Assembly (NCBI RefSeq): GCF_009914755.1
Contig: NC_060947.1
Reading direction: 5' to 3' (one strand)
Source of the DNA: the human T2T-CHM13v2.0 reference genome, Homo sapiens
DNA: 64,000 bases
Numbering within the stretch: the first letter of the stretch is position 1; each line of letters starts with the position of its first letter. A model generated the notes under the pieces. The model did no database searches and had not been told where the DNA came from. It saw only the letters and a list, made by a program, of their open reading frames with translations. This document shows positions 56,364-64,000 of this stretch, piece after piece. The position numbers and the translations under genes were made by a program.

Positions 56364-58531
56364 GATCAAGTCAGGTCAAAAGATGAGGCCCTACCTCCTG
56401 TCATGAAAGTTTATATGATTCCAGAATGACTCAACTGATCACAAATAGGGAGTATAAATGTTTAAGTTTATTCCTTCTTGGATTATAAGCCCCAGGAAAG
56501 CAAGAGTCATGTCTTTTTTATTCACTGCTACATTCTCAGCACCTAGTGCCTGGAATGTAGTTGGTATACAGTATGTTGTTAAAATGTTTGTTTAGTGAAT
56601 GAATGAGAGTTTCAATTGCATAGTGCTTCACAATTGGGCTCCTATAGCACCCTGGTCTTTCGCTATGATTGTAACTGCTATAGAATGCCTATCTTCTTTC
56701 CTAGAGAGCAAGGAGCTCCATAAGTATGTTTTTATTCAAGGTCCAAACTCGGTAAATTTCTTTTAATACTGAAAGAAGTAGATGACACCTTCTGGAGCCA
56801 ACAGAGGAGACCTTGGGTTGTGTATATAAAGGCCTTCAATCAGACCTGTCCTCTAAGACACTTTCTCTCCCTGTGAGTTATCTAGGGTCGTTTCCTGCTT
56901 CAGCCAAAACTCAAAAGTGTCTTGTTACTCCTGAGTTTCCTGAACCTTGCCCTTTTCCATCACAGACTTGCCTTTAACCTGTCCTAGAATGACAGCCCAG
57001 TTTCCTGCCCAGAGTCCCCAATATAAAAACAGCTTCAACATTTATTGCTGTACATTTGACACACAAAATCAAGCCTTTGTCAGATGGGTTTCAGCTAAAA
57101 TGTTTCATATAGATTTAGGAAAAAATCAAGCAAAATAATAAAATGGACTGCTTCCATAAGACTTGTTCCCTCAGCTTTTCCTCCTCACTATATGCTGCTA
57201 CAGCAACTGCCAGATAAAGACCCAGGAATGGGTCCAGCCTTTACAAACCAAGGGTCTCCTGGTTTTACTCCTCACTACTTTATAAATTGCCTTCTCAACT
57301 GTTCCATGGGATTTGTTAAATGGGATTCAGAAATTTTTGCAGTCCTTAATTGCTCTAGAATTGAACAAATTAGAAGTAGGCAGGAAAAGGAACATTATAG
57401 ATAGCAAAACCTAGTGCAATACTGATTGACTGTAAAAGGTTAAAACATGCCCTCAATTTTCCAGCAGAGCAGTGCCAGTGGATCTCACACTACAGATGTC
57501 AGTATTAGAAATGGCCATGGTCTCTACAGAAGCAAAAGCTTCTGCCATCTTTAAGTGGGACTAGAGAAGTAGGAAAAAGTTTGAGGAAATTACCTGTGAT
57601 GCTATGCCTGATCCTCCTTTCCATAAACATTAGGGAAGAACTTTTGGCAAGTGTTATCTTAAAAAGTGAAATATGATCAACAAAATGGTCCTCTTCATTT
57701 AAAAATGTAAGAATAAAGGGCTATATTACTCTGAATTTAGAATACATACATAATGCCAACTATTCAATTAGAGAAAGGTCCCCATATTTCCATTTCCTCA
57801 TCAATTTCCACCGGTATAGAAATGATTCTTCTCCAATTCAATAAGTTAATAGTAGAGTACAAAGCTTTATGGATTTCTCTGAAGAAGCTTGATTAAGAAT
57901 TTTATTTTCAAGATATAAGATGTTAGCCACCTCTAACATAAAGCCTCAAGGGGAAAGAGTTTGTGGGCTGCTTTATAACTTTTAGAAGCCTCAACCTCAT
58001 GGCTATGGGTTTTTTTTTCTTTTTACCAAATTTGAAAGGGGCCGTTCCACCTCAGTGACCAGCTACTAGTTAAATGGCAACTGAACCCAAGCACTGTGCT
58101 CCAGTAACTTGTGTGCTTTTAAACATGCTTCAGGCATGGGGATAGAATATCCTTGTCACAAAACCAAGATAATAAGACATCAACAACTGGAATGATGTGT
58201 CTAAATACATCTGCACAATGAAAACTTCTCTTTCCATCCAGTAAGCATGCCTTGAGTGGGTCGGGCCATTGTGACATGCATCAGGGTTCTCAGGTCATTA
58301 ACACAGTACACACACACGTTCTCAGGTCCTAACTCCATCTACTCAACCTGTGTAAACAATCATCTAACGATGGAGAAAGATGTTAAGTTAATCAATAATA
58401 GAATTCCTGTTTACTGTTTTCTATTATAGAATTAAGACTTTATGGAATGTATGACACCACAATACTAATGAGTAATGACGGAAATAGAGTTTTCATATTG
58501 CACTTCAGTCTTGTGTTGTAGATCAACACAA

Positions 58532-58720
58532 CAGGTGATTCTCAAATCTGAACAAGCATCAAAATCATCTGGCAGCCTTGTTACAACACAGGTTACTGGA
58601 ACCCACTCCGAGCATTTCTGATTCAGTAAGCATGAGATAGAGCCTGTGGATTTTCATTTTGACAAGTTCCAAGTAATGTTGTTGCTATGGGTCCACAGAA
58701 CACGCTTTGGGAATTACTAT
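58532..58720. mobile_element. MER5A MITE
   Basis: gattctcaaatctgaacaagcatcaaaatcatctgg...tttctgattcagtaag...acgctttgggaattact. Confidence 0.75.
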
Positions 58721-59514
58721 GTCAGGGCACGGTCATAATGAACCCTAGGTTTCAAGTTCAAATCTTATTTTAGCCAGCAGATATTACACAAAGGAAAATT
58801 CTGAGGTAACCACCCTAACCAGACATGACAGTTCAACAAATGTCTGCCCTTGGTTACAGGGAGGACAAGATGACAAAATAATCATGCTTCTTTGCAATCC
58901 CATACACTGTTCTATAAAATCAACGTCTGTATTAGTAATTGCAACTTTACATACAAACAGCATAATACTTTTTTGAATTTTTAAAACTTTTTACTTTGAA
59001 TAATTTCAAACATACATAGAAATAGAATAGCAGAATAAACACACATATACCTATCAACTATATTGTTTAATTATTAATATTTTGTTAAATTTGCTTCATT
59101 TATATTTTAGCTAATGTATTTTAAAGTAACTCCAAGACATCATCATATTTCTCCTCTAAATAGTTCTGTATATAAAAAGAGCAAAACATTTTCTATGTTT
59201 TTTTCTTTTTTAATTACTTTTGCTTTCAAAATACTTTAATTTCTATTATTTTTCAACATCTACTAAGTAATTAGGGCAAGTAATCTTACATGCTTTTACA
59301 CAAGAACGTTTAATAATCAAATATTGAAACGACTGGCTCAGGATACTAGAGCAAGTTAGTGACAGAACAGAAACCATGACTCATTAATTCACTCACTCAC
59401 TTACTGACTTAATTACTCAGCAAATATGTGCCTTTTGGTCTCCTGCCTCTTGACCTTATCCTCTTTCCAGAAAACTAAATTTCTATTCAAAATTCAGTCT
59501 GAAAGAAATTAGAC

Positions 59515-59574
59515 CAGCATTATCAAAAGTGTGCTCCACATAATACTAATTCTTCAGGATGCTAAAAGATGTAT

Positions 59575-59619
<45 letters not shown>

Positions 59620-59793
59620 TAATTCTATGGCCAAATCAGTTTGGGAAATCATGGATTAAATAAACAGCTTTCTTTATTGAAGAGCTTTTCAGAGCCTCTA
59701 ATAAACTATTATGCATTGGAATTCTGCAAGAGACACAACCTTAAGTGTGCAGTATTTCCCCAGTGTATTAAACAATCTTTTGACCTGACTTGG

Positions 59794-59833
<40 letters not shown>

Positions 59834-59888
59834 TTTGTTTGTTTAAGGAACATCTCTATGAAACATATTTTGATCAATGTTCCACTAG
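59515..59888. mobile_element. Charlie-like hAT element with internal (CA)n and (TG)n
   Basis: cagcattatcaaaagtgtgctccac start, aaacatattttgatcaatgt end, internal tttgggaaa motif. Confidence 0.5.
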
Positions 59889-61299
59889 TAGAGTCTAGGG
59901 TTTGTTTGCTCTACATGTTCAAGAAAACTTTCAAGGAAAAATAATGCAATATTCCAATGATAGAAACTAAGGGGGAGGGGCCAAGATGGCTGAATGGAAA
60001 CAGCTCCAGCAGCTCCCAGTGAGACCAATGCAGAGGCGGGTGATTTCTGCATTTCCAACTGAGGTACCCAGTTTATCTCATTGCGACTTGTTAGACAGTG
60101 GGTGCGACCCATGGAGAGCGAGCAGAAGCAGGATGGGACGTCGCTTCACCTGGGAAGTGCACGGAGCCAGGGGGCCTCCTTCCCCCAGCCAAGGGAAGCT
60201 ATTAAGTGACTGTGCCACCTACCCAGGGTACTACACTTTTCCCACGGATTTTTGCAATCTGCAGATCAAGAGATTCCCTTGTGAGCCTATACCACTAGAG
60301 CCCCAGGTTTTGAGCACAAAACTGGGTGGCTTTTCAGGCAGGCACTAGGCTGCAGGAGTTTTCTCATACTCCAGCAGCTCCTGGAACTCCAGTGAGACAG
60401 GAGAACCGCCCACTCCCCTGGAAAGGGGGCTGAAACCAGGGAGCCAAGCGGTCTTGCTCAGTGGGTCTGACTCCCACGGAGCTTAGCAAGCTGAGAACCA
60501 CTGGACTGAGATTCTCACTGCCAGCAGAGCAGTCTGAAGTTGGCCTGGGGCAATCGAGTTTGGTAGGGAGAGGGGTGACCACCATTATTGTAGCTTTAGT
60601 AGGTGGTTTTCCCCTGACAGTGCTAAGGAGACTGGGAGGTTTGGACTGGGTGGAATTCACCACAGTGCAGCAAAGCAGCTGTGGCCAGACTGCTTCTCTA
60701 GATTCCCCCTCATTAGGCAGGGCATCTCTGCAGGAAATCCAGCAGCTCCAGTGAGGGGCTTACAGACAGAACTCTCACCTACCTGGGACAGAGCACCTGT
60801 GGGGAGGGAAGCCTGCAGTCACAGGTTCAGCAGACTTAATCTTTCCTGCCTGACTCTGAAGAGTGCGGCTGATCCTGACAAGGGGGATTCTCCCAGCACA
60901 GTGCTAAGGGACAAACAGCCTCCTCAAGTGGGTCCCTGGCCCCATGCCTCCTGATTGAGAGAGACTTCCCAACAGGGGTCAACAGACACTTCATACAGGA
61001 GAACTCTGGTTGGCATCAGGCTGGTGCCCCTCTGAAACAAAGCTTCCAAAGGTAAGAGCAGACCACAATCTTTGCTATTCTGTAGCCTCCACTGGTAATA
61101 GCCAGACGAACAGGGTCTCGAGTGGACACCCAGCAAATTGTAGCAGACCTGCAGAAGGGGGGCTTGACTGTTAGAAGAAAAACTAACAAACAGGAAGTAA
61201 AAACAGCAACAATGTCAACACAAAAGAACCTCCCCCCAACAAAAAAACCCATCCAAAGGTCATCAGCCTCAAAGATCAAAGGTAGATACATCCACAAAG

Positions 61300-62327
61300 A
61301 TGAGGAAAAACCAGTGTAAAAATGCTGAAATTTCCAAAAGCCAGAATGCCTCTTCTCCTCCAAATGATTGCAACACCCCTCCAGCAAAGGTGTAGAACTG
61401 GACAGAGAATGAGATGGATAAATCGAAAGAAGTAGGCTTCAGAAGGTGGGTAATAACAAACTCCACTGAGCTAAAGGAGAATGTTCTAACCCAATGCAAA
61501 GAAGCTAAAAACCTTAATAAAAAGTTACAGAGCTGCTAACTAGAAAAACCAGTTTAGAGAGGAATATAAATGACCTGATGGAGCTGAAAAATGCAGCACA
61601 AGAACTTCGTGAAGCACACACAAGTATCAATAGCCGGACTGATCAAGTGGAAGAAAGGATATCAGAGTTTGAAGACTATCTTGCTGAAATAAGGCACGCA
61701 GACAACATTAGAGAAAAAAGAATAAAAAGGAACGAGAAAAAAAAAAAACCTCTGAGAAACATGGACTATGTAAAAAGACCGAACCTACAATTGATTGGAG
61801 TATCTGAAACAGACTGGGAGAATGGAACCAAGTTGGAAAACACACTTCAGGATATTGTCCAGGAGAACTTCCCCAACCTAGCAAGACAGGCCAACATTCA
61901 AATTCAGGAAATACAGAGAACACCACTAAGATACTCCAAGAGAAGATCAACCCCAAGACACGTAATCTTCAGATTTTCCAAGGTTGAAATGAAGGGGAAA
62001 AAATGTTAAAGGCAGCCAGAGAGAAAAGCCAGGTCACCTATAAAGGGAAGCCCATCAGAATAACAGCAGACCTCTCAGCAGAAACCCTACAAGCCAGAAG
62101 AGAGTGGGGGCCAATATTCAACATTCTTAAAGAATTTTCAATCCAGAATTTGATATCCAGCCAGACTAAGCTTCATAAGTGAAGGAGAAATAAAATACTT
62201 TCCAGACAAGCAAATGCTAAGGGATTTCATCACCACCAGGCCTGCCTTGCAAGAGCTCCTGAAGGAAGCACTAAATACAGAAAGGAAAAACCAGTACCAG
62301 CCACTGCAAAAACACACCAAAATATAA
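61300..62327 (+). pseudogene. L1 ORF1p, disrupted
   Basis: Starts MRKNQCKNAE; fragments MELKNAAQELREA...QENFPNLARQANIQIQEIQRTP; premature stops and frameshifts. Confidence 0.9.
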
Positions 62328-62390
62328 AGACCAATGATGTTGTGAAGAAACTGCATCAACTAGTGTGCAAAATAACCAGCTAGCATCATG

Positions 62391-64000
62391 ATGACAAGAA
62401 CAAATTCATATATAACAATATTAACCTTAAATTTAAATGGACTAAATTCCCCAATTAAAAGACACAGACTGGCAAATAGGATAAAGAGTCAAGACCCATT
62501 GGTGTGCTGTATTCAGGAGACCAATCTCACATGCAAAGACACATATAGGCTTAAAATAAAGGGATGGAGAAAAATTTACCCAGCAAATGGAAAGCAAAAA
62601 AGAGCAGGGGTTGCAATCCTAGTCTCTAATAAAACAAATGTTAAACGAAAAAAAAAATCAAAAAGACAAAAAAGGGCATTATATAATCATAAAGGGATCA
62701 ATTCAAGAAGAAGAGCTAACTATCCTAAATATATATGCACCCAATACAGGAGTACCCAGATTAATAAAACAAGTTTTTAGAGACCTACAAAGAGACTTAG
62801 ACTCCTACACAATAACAGTGAAGGACTTTAACACTCCGTTGTCAATATTAGACATATCAACAAGACAGAAAATTAACAAGGATATTCAGGACTTGAACTT
62901 AGCTGTGGATCAAGTGGACCTAATAGACATGTTCAGAATTCTTCACCCCAAATCAACAAAATATACATTCTTCTCAGTGCCACATGGCACTTATTGGAAA
63001 ACCAACCACGTAATTGGAAGTAAAACACTCCTCAGCAAGTGCAAAAGAACTGAAATCATAAGAAACAGTCTCTCAGACCACAGTGCAAACAAATTAGAAC
63101 TCAGGATCCAGAAACTCACTAATACAACACAACTCACTGGAAATTGAACAACCGGCTCCTGAATGACTCCTGGGTAAATAACAAAATTAAGGCAGAAATC
63201 AAGAAGTTCTTTGAAACCAATGAGAACAAAAAGACAATGTACCAGAATCTCTAGGACACAGCTAACGCAGTGTTAAGAGGGAAAGTTATAGCACTAAAGG
63301 CCCACATCAGAAAGCTAGAAAGATCTGAAGTCGACACCCTAACATCACAATTAAAAGAGCTAGAGAAGCAAGAGAAAACAGATCCAAAAGCTAGTAGAAG
63401 ACAAGAAATAACTAAGATCAGTGCAGAACTGAAGGAGACAGAGACACAAAAAACCCTTCAAAAAATCAATAAATCCAGGAGCTGTTTTTTTTTTTTTTCC
63501 GGAAAAAAAAAAATAGACCACTAGCTAGACTAATAAATAAGGAAAGAGAGAAGAGTCAGATAGACACAATAAAAAATGATAAAGGGGATTTCACCACTGC
63601 CCCCACAGAAATACAAACTACCATTAGAGAATACTAAAAACAACTCTACACAAATAAACTACAAAAGCTAGAATAAATGGATAAATTCCTGGATACACAT
63701 ACCCTCCCAAGACTAAACAAGGAAGAAGTTGAATCCCTGAATAGACCAATATCAAGTTCTGAAATTGAGGCAGTAATTAATAGCCTGTCAATCAAAAAAT
63801 TCCCAGGAGATGGATTCACGGCCAAGTTCTACCAGAGGTACAAAGAGGAGCTGGTACCATTCCTTCTGAAACTATTCCAAACCATTGAAAAGGAGAGACA
63901 CCTCCCTAACTCATTGTATGAGGCCAGCATCATCCTGATACCAAAACCAGACAGAGATACAACAAAAAAAGAAAACTTCAGGCCAATATCCCTGATGAAC
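62391..64000 (+). pseudogene. L1 ORF2p endonuclease and following region, disrupted
   Basis: MTRTNSYITILTLNLNGLNSPIKRHRL, CCIQET, NIYAPNTG, DFNTPL and SDH endonuclease motifs spread across frameshifted ORFs. Confidence 0.92.

Larger units (their letters stand above)
59971..64000 (+). mobile_element. 5'-intact older primate L1 (about L1PA8-like), running off the window end
   Basis: G-rich start with YY1 site ccaagatggc (59981-59990), ~1.3-kb 5'UTR, then broken ORF1 and ORF2. Confidence 0.95.

Noticed and set aside
59986-61499. Cluster of overlapping 65-123 aa ORFs in GC-richer DNA
   Set aside because: They lie in the L1 5'UTR and ORF1 start; I cannot recognise an intact ORF0 or a host gene.

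Overview
Primate DNA, almost certainly human (young AluY copies and an L1 3' end with the L1Hs-diagnostic G). It is AT-rich and repeat-dense. The only host coding sequence I can support is the start-codon exon of teneurin-1 (TENM1/ODZ1, Xq25 from recall) on the minus strand: exon 18217-17937, with 217 coding nt and the RKRK nuclear localisation signal. The rest is TENM1 intron or 5' region filled with Alu, L1, L2, MIR, LTR and DNA-transposon relics and microsatellites. The other track ORFs are L1/Alu-derived or chance. Best-supported unusual structure: a tiny L1Hs carrying a ~290-bp 3' transduction, with two poly(A) tails and a 15-bp TSD (36251-36692). Also seen: an out-of-frame uORF overlapping the TENM1 start; inverted Alus bracketing that exon, whose back-splice would give a 114-codon ORF; a candidate upstream UTR exon; a twin-primed L1 with a large deletion; two short dispersed duplications; and two near-perfect hairpins. 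I found no evidence for a new multi-gene system, CRISPR array or RNA gene. Repeat subfamily calls are by eye, and boundaries of old repeats are approximate.
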